Origin: a virus | Taxonomy: Duplodnaviria > Caudoviricetes | IMG/VR virus record: IMGVR_UViG_3300023174_000183 | Coordinates: 1 to 59,996 of that record | Strand: one strand, 5' to 3' | DNA: 59,996 bases | Shown here: piece by piece, positions 8,364 to 17,717 of the stretch | Numbering within the stretch: position 1 is the first letter of the stretch | Layout: every line of letters begins with the position of its first letter | Translations under genes and position numbers: made by a program | Notes under the pieces: generated by a model | What the model was told of the DNA's origin: nothing | Databases searched by the model: none | What the model saw: only the letters and a program-made list of their open reading frames with translations

Positions 8364-9738
8364 AATACTTGCACTCCTGCCAGAATTCTTTCATTATGGG
8401 AAAGGTTTTAATAAAACTAAATCCGCGACGTTTGTCGTATTCATTAAAAAATCTATAAAAATCTGCTCGTTGTTGCTTTATATACTCAGGGTCTAGACTT
8501 TGCCCATTTTTCATCCAGGCAATATTTCTGCGCATGCGTTGAACTTCATAATCTTTAAATCCATCAAATCTATCAACACCTTCGGGCAGTTGATTGGACG
8601 CCATCCAATCGGCAACATCTTCTAGTATTTGCATATAACTAATAGGCAGAATCTGCAGGCTTTGCCAGGCGGGTTGTCTGAGCAGTGGCGTATCAAACCA
8701 GACACGCTGATAAGTCTGACTATGTTTTTTGCGTTGTTCCAGAACAATTTCCAATAACTTTCGCAGACCCAGAATATTGAGATTGCTCATGGTAATGATG
8801 TAGGTCAGACTGTTTCTGTAAGGCACTCTGGTTAAAAATTCCTCAGTGTTATGCAAACACTTGTCTAGATTGAGACCACCGCGTATGTACTCGCTCTGTT
8901 CTTTGATGCCCGAATCCAAACTCACATACTGCATGAAGTGTTCAATTTTTGTGCCCCGACACAGTTGTTCAACCTTGTGCATGTATTTCTCAAACAATGC
9001 ATCATCCACGCTGAAATTACTGGTGACGTCCACATGCAAATCACTCTTGGGCAGGGCCAAGATATAATCAAACACTCGATGCGTATTCTTGTCCATGAGT
9101 GGCTCACCACCAGTCATGCGAAAATGCTTGAGGTGAGGATACAGCTCTGGCCACCAACGCCAGAAGGCTTCCACATAGGGATTTTCTTCACGAACCGGAA
9201 TGGGTTTACGGCGCCCCTGAAAGTGTATGGGATCATTGTGCGGTGTGGTGGTGGGATAGGCCCCCCAGCGATCAATTTCTTTGCCCCACTCGGTGCTGAA
9301 CTGTGGACTGCAATAACTGCAGGCCAGATTACATCCGTGACTAAAGTTAACTTCCACATAACTGGGTGTGGCATCCTGATCCCAGGAACCATGGGCTATT
9401 TCTTCATAGTGTTCTGCTGCCCAAGGTTCGCCACTGCGATAATGCCTGTCACTAAGTTGGCCGTTGTCTTCGGCCGACCAACAATAAGCACACTCTGGCG
9501 GACGTTGCTGCTCCAACATCAACTTACGTTGTGCTTTCTTGTGCGCAGTATTGTGTAATGCGCCGGGATTGAACGTCAAAGGAGCAGCATCAATTTCATG
9601 CAAAGGAGGATGATAGCAGCTATTGGTCAACCCAGTAGGTAGATGCAAACTAACCTGCTGCCATTTGGCCAAACACAATGCGTGCCCTAGCTTCTCACGC
9701 ATCAACTCGGCTGTGCCCATAAAATTGCTTTTATTCAC
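8347..9738 (-). CDS. Radical SAM enzyme with N-terminal Cys/His domain (type A)
   Basis: CNLACSYC, TGGEPL; N-terminal CLAKW...SCYH...CAYCW. Likely start is GTG 9738 (or ATG 9720) rather than 9819, which overlaps the upstream gene by about 90 nt. Confidence 0.9.
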   Translation of the reverse strand: MNKSNFMGTAELMREKLGHALCLAKWQQVSLHLPTGLTNSCYHPPLHEIDAAPLTFNPGALHNTAHKKAQRKLMLEQQRPPECAYCWSAEDNGQLSDRHYRSGEPWAAEHYEEIAHGSWDQDATPSYVEVNFSHGCNLACSYCSPQFSTEWGKEIDRWGAYPTTTPHNDPIHFQGRRKPIPVREENPYVEAFWRWWPELYPHLKHFRMTGGEPLMDKNTHRVFDYILALPKSDLHVDVTSNFSVDDALFEKYMHKVEQLCRGTKIEHFMQYVSLDSGIKEQSEYIRGGLNLDKCLHNTEEFLTRVPYRNSLTYIITMSNLNILGLRKLLEIVLEQRKKHSQTYQRVWFDTPLLRQPAWQSLQILPISYMQILEDVADWMASNQLPEGVDRFDGFKDYEVQRMRRNIAWMKNGQSLDPEYIKQQRADFYRFFNEYDKRRGFSFIKTFPIMKEFWQECKYYAETA

Positions 9739-10627
9739 GAACCATCGGACCTTTGTTTTGGAAATTACTGCGATAGTGATGTTTGAAAAACGCACTGTCA
9801 GTGGGGTCCATATCAACAATGCTTAGTCCCAGTCGAGTTCGTAGAACCTGCCCCAATTCTGCACAGTGCTCGGGCTCGTGTATATGATACTCTTGCCAAA
9901 GTGCAGATAATGCATCAAAATCCTGAACTTGGCGATAATCCCAGTCGGTCAGCATGGTTCGATAGGTGCCCAGTCTGGCACCGTAAATGGCCCAGAATCC
10001 ATTTTCCACATCTGCTCCCACGCTCTGCCATATGCATAAGTTGTCATAATTGCGACTGTGTACACGTTGCTCAAAGTTTTCTAATGTAGGTTTGGCACCG
10101 CGATCCAAGCACATTTTAACACCTTCGCGGAATCCCGCTCGCCAGGCCTGAAAGGGCGTCTGATTGGGATAAGTCACACTGTAGCGGTCATTCATAGCCC
10201 AGTAGTTGGGATAAAAGCAGAACTCTACATCATTGGCCGCTGAGCCGTCACTGGCTTCATGAGTCTTCATGTTGTGTACAAATTCTTTAGTCCAGCAGCT
10301 CATGCCGCCATTGCCATACTGCAGACCATTGATGATGTTTCTGGCTTTCCAGCGAAACACACAGTCTCGATTGGTTGTATCCAGCTTCAACTGCAGATTA
10401 AAAAATTCTGGATCTGGTAAATTATCGCCGTCAATCAGAACAAAGCGATCGGTATCGCTGGCGTCGGCAGCAGCCTTGTGCGCAGCGTCTGAGCCTTTGA
10501 CTCCGTCCACGCGTTTGGCCCAGGGCACCATGTTCTGTATCTTAACCCAAAACTCTTCCTTCTTGGGTTCATCGTATGTGAGGTAAATGCAATCTAAATC
10601 TGCAACATCAACTATTTCTACGCTCAT
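9731..10627 (-). CDS. GT-A fold glycosyltransferase-like protein
   Basis: N-terminal beta strand DCIYLTYDE, AAHKAAA helix, then FVLIDGDN (DxD), the GT2-like arrangement. Confidence 0.65.
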   Translation of the reverse strand: MSVEIVDVADLDCIYLTYDEPKKEEFWVKIQNMVPWAKRVDGVKGSDAAHKAAADASDTDRFVLIDGDNLPDPEFFNLQLKLDTTNRDCVFRWKARNIINGLQYGNGGMSCWTKEFVHNMKTHEASDGSAANDVEFCFYPNYWAMNDRYSVTYPNQTPFQAWRAGFREGVKMCLDRGAKPTLENFEQRVHSRNYDNLCIWQSVGADVENGFWAIYGARLGTYRTMLTDWDYRQVQDFDALSALWQEYHIHEPEHCAELGQVLRTRLGLSIVDMDPTDSAFFKHHYRSNFQNKGPMVRE

Positions 10628-10964
10628 AATATTCCGTTTCTAAATAGTCATCTTCTACAACAATGCTAGCATGACCTTTAACTACTTTAACACCTTTGTT
10701 GCTGCGAGTCAAAGCAAAATGATGCAGGTATGTGGGCTCAACTCGAATTATTTTACCGTCCACTACTTTTAAAAAATTCCAATCATGTAAAATATATATC
10801 TCTCTACTGATGTGTATCCAATTATCGCCGTCAGGAAACCCGCTGCCTGAAAATCCCGTGACACAACCATCTGCATCATAGTAAGCTCGATACTCCGTCG
10901 ATGCCACAGGATGATCGGTTAGCAATTCCAAAGCCTGGAGAAATTCTGCCTCACCTGGTAGCAT
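10608..10964 (-). CDS. Hypothetical protein
   Basis: ORF overlapping both neighbours; probable start ATG 10964 (MLPGEAEF). Confidence 0.7.
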   Translation of the reverse strand: MLPGEAEFLQALELLTDHPVASTEYRAYYDADGCVTGFSGSGFPDGDNWIHISREIYILHDWNFLKVVDGKIIRVEPTYLHHFALTRSNKGVKVVKGHASIVVEDDYLETEYYERRNS

Positions 10965-11769
10965 GAATAAATCTCTTCTCATAATAATGCACTGGGTAGT
11001 ATTGATTGCGATTGTTGATTCTTACTATATTATCCTGCCATTCGACATTGACATGATCAGTCACTGCTTGGGTTTCATTCCAGCCTAGAATTTGTGGTTT
11101 GAGGTGTACAAAATTGAAAAAATCTAGGCTAGGAATAGTGCAATGTTCCTGTCCTAAAATTTTAGCAGCAATGGCAAATGCAACATCTGTGGTAGGCAAG
11201 TCGTCCACTAACATCAGATGATTTTTTATCTGCTGCCAATTGTCATAAACATCACGAGCCGTTCTAAAAAAATCTGCCGAAGTCTGACTGTATCTAAAAT
11301 AATACATGCCAGTGTAAATATCTGGCAGATTATTTTCTTTAAAAATTTTTCTGTAGGGGCTTAATTTGACCTGCCGTTCATACAGATCTTGACAATACAG
11401 GCTAAAACAAATATCTCTTAACCGCAAACCAGTTAGCCAATGACCAACGTCTCGAGTAAACAACAGATCACTTTCCAGCTTGATGGTTTCTTTAAAAGGG
11501 GTTAGATAGAACACTTGCCACTCATTGCTCATTTTCCAAGATTCATTCTTGGCCCAATCTGTTTTTAATGTGATGATATGATCGAATACTTGTCGATGAC
11601 GATCTGTGATCAGCTCCAACGTCGCAGCATCCACTAGAACTGCAAACTCATGCTGCTGTTGTGTGGCTTTGATATTCAGTGCTTGCTGATAAGCCAACTC
11701 TAGATAATCAGTGATGTCGTTATTCTGTGCAATGGTCAAAAAACCTACTTGACTTTTAAATTTACGCAT
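10951..11769 (-). CDS. GT-A (GT8-like) glycosyltransferase-like protein, degenerate DxD
   Basis: GFLTIAQN...DY...; LTPFKETIKLESDLLF aligns with LSPYDQTILIDGDYFV of the upstream paralog. Probable start ATG 11769 overlaps the upstream stop. Confidence 0.6.
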   Translation of the reverse strand: MRKFKSQVGFLTIAQNNDITDYLELAYQQALNIKATQQQHEFAVLVDAATLELITDRHRQVFDHIITLKTDWAKNESWKMSNEWQVFYLTPFKETIKLESDLLFTRDVGHWLTGLRLRDICFSLYCQDLYERQVKLSPYRKIFKENNLPDIYTGMYYFRYSQTSADFFRTARDVYDNWQQIKNHLMLVDDLPTTDVAFAIAAKILGQEHCTIPSLDFFNFVHLKPQILGWNETQAVTDHVNVEWQDNIVRINNRNQYYPVHYYEKRFIHATR

Positions 11770-12538
11770 TGGTTGCTGCCTCAATCAATCGTTGGCATTC
11801 GTCTGATAATATCCAGGCTTTGCTCATTAAATGAATATTTTGTTTGGGTAGCACAAATGCTTGTCCTGCGGTTTTCAAATAAAAGTTTGAACCTTTGAGT
11901 TCCAAACTATCAATCGGGCCGGGCACGCTGACGATGGGCCAAGGCAAATAATTTTTACTATCGGAACTGTAACCGTTTATGATATTGTCAGCAATAGTAA
12001 ATGCATAATCATTTCTAAAATTTCTAGCTTCGATATTGTAGAGGTCTCTGTAATATTGATAATTGCGCTCAATTGCACCCACCAGATCAAATAACATTTT
12101 GGTCTTGGGAGTTTTATTAAACACCATCACAGTTGCCCACAATGTATCCAGGCTATATTGGCCCATTTGATTGCTGTGTTGACTGCAGACATAATTATTT
12201 GTTTTTGTTATCTGATAATCCGACACCACATCTAAAATTTTTAGTAGATTATCATCAAAAACAAAATAGTCACCATCAATCAGAATTGTCTGATCATACG
12301 GACTCAGCTCATGGGCCAAATATCTACCACCGTTGTGCCAGGCTTCAAACTTACCGGAATCGATATTGTATCGGTGATTGATTAGATCCTGCCCCGTGAC
12401 AATGGTCACCGGCAATTTAAGATAATGCTCGGCCAGAATCTTAGCTCGTTGAGCAATGGTAGTGTAATCTATATAACCGGTATTGTTGGCAAATATCAAT
12501 ACGCCTTTAGATTTTTCTGACACTTCTAAGTTCTTCAT
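11762..12538 (-). CDS. GT-A (GT8-like) glycosyltransferase-like protein
   Basis: KGVLIFANN...DY; LSPYDQTILIDGDYFV (DxD); WATVMVF; FRNDYAF. Confidence 0.65.
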   Translation of the reverse strand: MKNLEVSEKSKGVLIFANNTGYIDYTTIAQRAKILAEHYLKLPVTIVTGQDLINHRYNIDSGKFEAWHNGGRYLAHELSPYDQTILIDGDYFVFDDNLLKILDVVSDYQITKTNNYVCSQHSNQMGQYSLDTLWATVMVFNKTPKTKMLFDLVGAIERNYQYYRDLYNIEARNFRNDYAFTIADNIINGYSSDSKNYLPWPIVSVPGPIDSLELKGSNFYLKTAGQAFVLPKQNIHLMSKAWILSDECQRLIEAATNA

Positions 12539-12824
12539 GTTGGATGTGCCATGTATTCATCACTGATTGATAACATTCTCTGGCCTGCTGCAGAAGTTCT
12601 GTTCTAAGGCATTTGATGGGATTGCCATAGACGTCTTCAACAAATAATTCATCGGTGGGCCAAGTGGACAAAAAAGCCAGCAAAGTTTGATCAACTAAAA
12701 ATAATCCGCCATTATACGCCAAATGCAGATCAATTTTAATTTTTTCCTGCAGTGCGCGTTTATTAATTTGAAAGTCGGTGGCTTGTTTAACTTGATTGAT
12801 AATATTTTCAGTGGTGGTGGTCAT
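12507..12824 (-). CDS. Hypothetical protein, first gene of the GT/rSAM operon
   Basis: 105-aa ORF overlapping the downstream GT gene; TAATTA 5 nt upstream of the ATG. Confidence 0.7.
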   Translation of the reverse strand: MTTTTENIINQVKQATDFQINKRALQEKIKIDLHLAYNGGLFLVDQTLLAFLSTWPTDELFVEDVYGNPIKCLRTELLQQARECYQSVMNTWHIQHEELRSVRKI

Positions 12825-12829
12825 ACTTG

Positions 12830-12835
12830 TAATTA
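12830..12835 (-). promoter_or_regulatory. Putative late promoter variant (TAATTA), leaderless
   Basis: One mismatch to TAAATA, with the same 5-nt spacing to ATG as at 17718 and 56014; no RBS. Confidence 0.4.
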
Positions 12836-12856
12836 TCTACGAAAGTGTGGTGTCAA

Positions 12857-12887
12857 AATAAAAGCACTGTCTAGCAGTGCTTTTATT
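12857..12887. terminator. Intrinsic terminator (bidirectional-looking)
   Basis: AATAAAAGCACTG-tctag-CAGTGCTTTTATT, a 13-bp inverted repeat downstream of the 12915-13856 gene. Confidence 0.75.
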
Positions 12888-12914
12888 ATACAAACTCGAC
12901 CGATTAAAATCAAA

Positions 12915-13856
12915 TTAGTTTACTGTTGAAGCTGCTGTCACTGAGCCCCATGTGTTGGTAAGGTTGGTGGTTTCTGGTGGTGTAACCACAACGTTGGCGT
13001 TGATGGTCATGTTGATTGCATCATCAAATGTATCAGTTGCAGCATCATTATAGTTAATGGTAAATGTGATAACGTTGCCCAACCCACCATTAGAACCCGC
13101 AGTGCCTGAAATTTTGGCCAGCACTTCCACATAGTTGGTAGTGTAGGCAGCAGTGGTATCTGTCAATTTGATCAGTGTCTGATCTGATGTTGTTAGATCC
13201 CAGAATCCAATTGCACTGCCGTCGGTGGTTAGTGTGCCGCCAGTGCCAGTACGGCCACTGGTTGTAAAATCAAAATTTAGTGTTGCCAATTTGGTACCCA
13301 ATAACGATGTCCAGGCGGTTTCTTTGGCATTATCTGCACCGTTGGTCACAGCAAAACTCAATGCAACTCTGCCACCGGCGTTGAAAAAATAACGTGCTTG
13401 ATCACTGCTGGCAAATGTCACTGTGCGAACTTGTTGGAATGTTGTTGGGCTTGCAACGTTCCATATTGCACTCAATGAGGTAGTTGCCGGTGTGCCACGT
13501 GTGCTGTTAAAAGTTGCACGATTGGTATATGCAGTAGAAATCTTTGATGATAGTGTGCTTAAAGCAGCGATGGTATCGCCAGCAGTGGGACTTGTTAGCC
13601 CTGAACCGGCACCTGCTTGGTGGATTAGTATACTGTTTAATCTTGCCAACAAGGTTGACCATTGGGTAGCAGTTACAGTATCACCGGTGGCCACTGCCGA
13701 CAATGTGGTGCTCTGACCATATCCCTTGTCGCCTGAGCCCACGCCCCATACTGTGTTAATGTTTGCTACTGCATTATTGGCAGTGCCATCAGCATTGCCT
13801 GTTGCAAATGTATTGTAGTGATCGCGTAGGATCAAGTCACCGGTCTGATAAGCCAT
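12915..13856 (-). CDS. Virion structural protein (fibre/baseplate associated)
   Basis: Thr/Ala/Gly-rich, GYGQ, ARYFFNAGG motif; last gene of the tail operon. Confidence 0.7.
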   Translation of the reverse strand: MAYQTGDLILRDHYNTFATGNADGTANNAVANINTVWGVGSGDKGYGQSTTLSAVATGDTVTATQWSTLLARLNSILIHQAGAGSGLTSPTAGDTIAALSTLSSKISTAYTNRATFNSTRGTPATTSLSAIWNVASPTTFQQVRTVTFASSDQARYFFNAGGRVALSFAVTNGADNAKETAWTSLLGTKLATLNFDFTTSGRTGTGGTLTTDGSAIGFWDLTTSDQTLIKLTDTTAAYTTNYVEVLAKISGTAGSNGGLGNVITFTINYNDAATDTFDDAINMTINANVVVTPPETTNLTNTWGSVTAASTVN

Positions 13857-13869
13857 TTTTTAGTTCCTT

Positions 13870-15591
13870 TTAACTATTTAGTTTGACGATGGCTTCTACC
13901 ACGCCTTCGCCGTCTTTTTCTTTATTTTCGAGAGATCTGCCAATGACATTGAACGCAGTCATCTCGTCCCGTCTGGCAGATCTTGCAAGTCCATTACCTG
14001 CGGCAACCAACCGGTCGCCTTTCTTAACTCGGCCAACCACTCTGACTGGTACTCTGCCACTAACCGCAACCGCAGGGTGAGTAACGTCATCACCCGCTTC
14101 GCCATTCATCAGAAAGGCAGCACGGTTACTAATTACACCAAAAACGTCTTCGCTTAGATCTTCTGCCACTGCGGTAATTTCCTTTGATCCGCCCAGAGCA
14201 ACAACAGTGCCCGGAGCATATGACTGATCAGCAGCAAATCGTTCTGCTAAGTCAGCATACTGTGCAGTGATTGATGTACCACGGAAAGTAGTTGCCCAGA
14301 CATTGCCAAATTTATTATTCGACTGACCAATATCACCCACACCATCTGTGCCTGATTTGGTAATGCTTGGCACTGACGCCGAGGTAGTTGAAATGTTTCC
14401 TACAAAATTGTTGGCATAGATGTTATTGAATTTATTATTTGACTGACCAATATCACCCACACCATCTGTGCCTGATTTGGTAATGCCTGGGACGGAAACT
14501 GATGTTGTAGAGATCAAGGATCCGATAAAATTAGTAGCGTAAATATTAGCAAACTTTGCACTACCTGAACCTATATCAATAGTGTTTGTGTTGTTGGGTA
14601 GGATTACCCCACCAACAGTCATTGATTGACCAAGCGTGGCATTACCGCTAATTGTAACTGTGGATGCGGCAGTAAATGCACCAGCAACTCTTGCAGTGCC
14701 GGCGATTGACACAGTTGTACCATTGAGAAACACCGCAGCATTTCCGCCAACAATGCCAATGGCTCGAGTTTTAACCCCAGCAGCATTGACATAAAGATTT
14801 ATATCTTTATTCAGTGTGGTATTGTTAATGACAACCTCTGAGGCAGACGCTGGTGAAATATTTAGATCTGATCCAATAGTCACGCCGCCCGCCGTTATGT
14901 TGTAACTTGTGCTGGTATTTTGATCACTGCGCAGCAATTGATTGGCAGCAATTCCTTGCAGTGACAACGCATTGCTAGCATCGCCCGAGAATTGTGCGCC
15001 AGTAATTGCGCTGGCACTTACCAGATTAAATCCTGGTTTAATTGTGCTAAATCCAGCAACACTAGCTTGCGGAGTGAAAACAGGGTCTTTGCTTAGAATA
15101 CCAACAACAGTGTTAGCAATATAAAATTTAACAACCACATGACTGACATTTGAAGTGTCTAATATGGTTTCTACCAATGCACCACTGGTGCCCGAAGTAG
15201 AAGTATACGATGGTCCCACAATAACCCAAACGGTGCCACTCCAGACTTTTAATTGTGAATTTGTCGAATCCCACCACAGATCGCCAACAACTGGATTCAC
15301 CGGTGGTGTTGATCCGGAAGCCGAACTACTGATGGCTTTCCAGTTTGCACCATTATAAACTTTCAACACACCCACGCTAGTGTCATACCAGATCTGACCA
15401 GTTAGCGGGGTCGCAGGCGGAGTACCGTAAGAAAAATTCTCCAGTAATTTTACAAAGTTTTCATTTAAAAAGACGCCATAGCCAGCATAGTTTTTACCGA
15501 TCAGGGTCAAACTTGTATTAGAGTTATTAATGGTACCATCTGCAACAGTTGCAAGTGTGGATCCCGAAGTAGTAGTGATTGTATATGACAT
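13870..15591 (-). CDS. Tail fibre/baseplate-associated virion protein with C-terminal autoproteolytic chaperone-like domain
   Basis: N-terminal LTLIGKNYAGYG...ENFVKLLENF, GQIWYD/GDLWWD repeats; C-terminal AQYADLAE...GVIS...GRVPVRV...KGD. Confidence 0.75.
   Translation of the reverse strand: MSYTITTTSGSTLATVADGTINNSNTSLTLIGKNYAGYGVFLNENFVKLLENFSYGTPPATPLTGQIWYDTSVGVLKVYNGANWKAISSSASGSTPPVNPVVGDLWWDSTNSQLKVWSGTVWVIVGPSYTSTSGTSGALVETILDTSNVSHVVVKFYIANTVVGILSKDPVFTPQASVAGFSTIKPGFNLVSASAITGAQFSGDASNALSLQGIAANQLLRSDQNTSTSYNITAGGVTIGSDLNISPASASEVVINNTTLNKDINLYVNAAGVKTRAIGIVGGNAAVFLNGTTVSIAGTARVAGAFTAASTVTISGNATLGQSMTVGGVILPNNTNTIDIGSGSAKFANIYATNFIGSLISTTSVSVPGITKSGTDGVGDIGQSNNKFNNIYANNFVGNISTTSASVPSITKSGTDGVGDIGQSNNKFGNVWATTFRGTSITAQYADLAERFAADQSYAPGTVVALGGSKEITAVAEDLSEDVFGVISNRAAFLMNGEAGDDVTHPAVAVSGRVPVRVVGRVKKGDRLVAAGNGLARSARRDEMTAFNVIGRSLENKEKDGEGVVEAIVKLNS
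14309..14486. repeat. Intragenic tandem repeat, 120-bp period (40 aa)
   Basis: 14309-14366 and 14429-14486 differ at 1 base; both encode ITKSGTDGVGDIGQSNNKF. Confidence 0.9.
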
Positions 15592-15610
15592 CTTTTATGA
15601 CCTATAGTAG

Positions 15611-15617
15611 TATTTAT
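15611..15617 (-). promoter_or_regulatory. gp55-type late promoter (ATAAATA)
   Basis: Intergenic match to the T4 late consensus TATAAATA upstream of ATG 15591. Confidence 0.6.
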
Positions 15618-15632
15618 TTAGTAAAAACACCG

Positions 15633-17039
15633 TCAAACGTACTGAAACCAAAAATCTCCGTCCTTAGACCCTGCATCATTAATACCCGGTCTGGGAGATT
15701 CTAGGCTAACAAATTTGGCGCTGCCACCCCACCATTTTGATGCTGTTTTAACAAATTGTGTAGTTGCAATACTGGCATTGCCAGTATTATTGTAGGTGTC
15801 GGGTTGAGTGATGGCAGTGGCACCATTGGATAAATTAAACCCGTCTTTACTGGCAGTTGCCACTGTGGTGCCGTCGATAACCACTTGCATGTTGCCAACA
15901 CCAAAGTCTTCAACTGCTACATATGTTTCTGAACCGACATAAATCCTATTTTTTAAGAATCCCGAACTGGTGATAACAAACTCGGTAGTAGCGACACTGG
16001 CATTGGCTGTTCCACTAGGCATAGTAACTGCAGTAGCTAATCCGGTAAAGTTTGCATTTCCACCGACATTTAAATTGCCAGTAATCCCGGCGCCGCCAGC
16101 GACTAGTAATGCACCTGTGCCTGCGGATGTAGACGCCGTATTGTCACCCAGCGTTGCTGATTTCATAATTGATCTGCCTGTCTCGCCATCAATGTAGAAT
16201 GATTCGGTGGATACTCCTTGAGTATTGGAATACATACTAATTCTGCCGTTGAGTCTGGTGTTCTTTATACTAACGTCGCCAATGGAATTTGTAGTAATTT
16301 GCAAATTGGACGAACGGCCGATGGTCATTCCCGAATTATTTGATACCGTCAATGTTCCATTGATGGTACCATCTTCATCAGTCCGTAGATAATTTCTTGC
16401 CTCAATTCCGGCCAATTTCTGACTGTCGGCAGCAGTGCCATTAAACTGCCCCGACGAGTTTAGGTTGTATCCAGTCTTGATTGTGGTAAACCCAGGTATG
16501 GAGATGGCCGGAGTGAATTCAGGATCCGAACTAACAATGCCTGTACGCACCTGATTTAGGTATACAGAAAGCACGCTATGGGTTGTTTGGGTGATATCAT
16601 TGATTTGTTCCCAGATAGCACCGCTGCCATTGCGCTGAGGACCAACTAACTGCCAGCCCGCTGAATTGTAAGGAGTTGTACCGTCATAGACATATAATTG
16701 CTTATTAGCTGAATCCCACCACAAGTCACCAGCTGTGGTAGTAATGGGACTGGCAGGTTGTGCAGTAGAACTACTGATTATTTTGAATGCTGAGCCAGTG
16801 TAGACACGTAATCTCTGATCATCAGTATTCCACCAAAGCTGTCCTGCAATAGGATTTGGCGGAGCGATGTTGTAGGCAAAGTGTTCCAACATCCCCACCA
16901 GATTATCGGTCATGATCTGACCATAATTGCTGTAATTTCTGCCCACCAACCGCAGACTAGTTTTAGATCTGTCGTCGATGGTGCCATCTAAGATGGTGCC
17001 TAGTGTTACTCCATTGGTTTTTCTTATTATGTAAGACAT
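15633..17039 (-). CDS. Virion structural protein, paralog of 13870-15591 N-terminal half
   Basis: SLRLVGRNYSNYG...MLEHFA, GQLWWN/GDLWWD; two ATTxFV fibre motifs; ends DGDFWFQY. Confidence 0.75.
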   Translation of the reverse strand: MSYIIRKTNGVTLGTILDGTIDDRSKTSLRLVGRNYSNYGQIMTDNLVGMLEHFAYNIAPPNPIAGQLWWNTDDQRLRVYTGSAFKIISSSTAQPASPITTTAGDLWWDSANKQLYVYDGTTPYNSAGWQLVGPQRNGSGAIWEQINDITQTTHSVLSVYLNQVRTGIVSSDPEFTPAISIPGFTTIKTGYNLNSSGQFNGTAADSQKLAGIEARNYLRTDEDGTINGTLTVSNNSGMTIGRSSNLQITTNSIGDVSIKNTRLNGRISMYSNTQGVSTESFYIDGETGRSIMKSATLGDNTASTSAGTGALLVAGGAGITGNLNVGGNANFTGLATAVTMPSGTANASVATTEFVITSSGFLKNRIYVGSETYVAVEDFGVGNMQVVIDGTTVATASKDGFNLSNGATAITQPDTYNNTGNASIATTQFVKTASKWWGGSAKFVSLESPRPGINDAGSKDGDFWFQYV

Positions 17040-17052
17040 GATCTTTTCCTAG

Positions 17053-17712
17053 TTATGCATTTGTGCTCAAATTAGTCAGTGTTTGTATGCGTACTGTGTA
17101 ATCAATTTGTATCAATCTGTTGAGTGATTTTTGCACTGGGCTAAAAATCACATGTGTTAATAATTTTCCCTGCCCCGGGCCATCCAGACTGTATCCTTTG
17201 AGTCCCAATTCGTCGAATACGAATTGACCGTTTAGATCCTGACTGTTATCGAAAGCAGCTTGCCCGCTGGGCTCACCATAATCCAACAGACATCTAACAA
17301 CAATATCAGTGTATACCAGCCCCGGAGTGTGAGTGACTTCCATTCTGTTTCTGGCAGGATCACTATTGGCAGCGTTGGTGTCGTCCACAATTTTATAATA
17401 CTGTGGACTATATAAATTAGCATTTTGTATGTTGGTGTTAGTGGGCAAATACGTGATAACCCCGGTAGGATCCACAGTGGTGCCACCGTTGCCAAAATGC
17501 ATTTCACTGATGAATGAATTGCCTTTGTTGGCCACACTCAACGCCAGTGCTTCACTCATGTTTTCATAATGAATGGCGTTTCTTTTGTCAACAAAAACCT
17601 CCTGAGTTTCTGGATCAAAAATTCTAATATGTCCTTGTATATGCACACCGCCGCGCTCGTCAGGAGTTTTATGCGGTGGTTGTATGTCTGGCAATTGTTC
17701 ATTGGTATTCAT
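17053..17712 (-). CDS. Conserved baseplate/fibre-attachment virion protein
   Basis: GHIRIFD...KRNAIHYEN, FDELGL, LLTHVIFSPVQKSLNRLIQIDYT. Start moved to ATG 17712 (late promoter just upstream; the 17790 start overlaps the previous gene). Confidence 0.7.
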   Translation of the reverse strand: MNTNEQLPDIQPPHKTPDERGGVHIQGHIRIFDPETQEVFVDKRNAIHYENMSEALALSVANKGNSFISEMHFGNGGTTVDPTGVITYLPTNTNIQNANLYSPQYYKIVDDTNAANSDPARNRMEVTHTPGLVYTDIVVRCLLDYGEPSGQAAFDNSQDLNGQFVFDELGLKGYSLDGPGQGKLLTHVIFSPVQKSLNRLIQIDYTVRIQTLTNLSTNA

Positions 17713-17717
17713 AGTAT

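Noticed and set aside
1776-9738. Queuosine/7-deazaguanine, MoaA, anaerobic RNR activase or viperin identity for the rSAM genes
   Set aside because: No queC/queD/folE/dpdA, moaC or nrdD neighbours; sizes and the N-terminal Cys domain do not fit those families.
12828-12856. sigma70 promoter from the perfect TTGACA on the minus strand at 12851-12856
   Set aside because: The best -10 (GATAAT) is only 13 nt away; at 16-18 nt spacing there is no good match.
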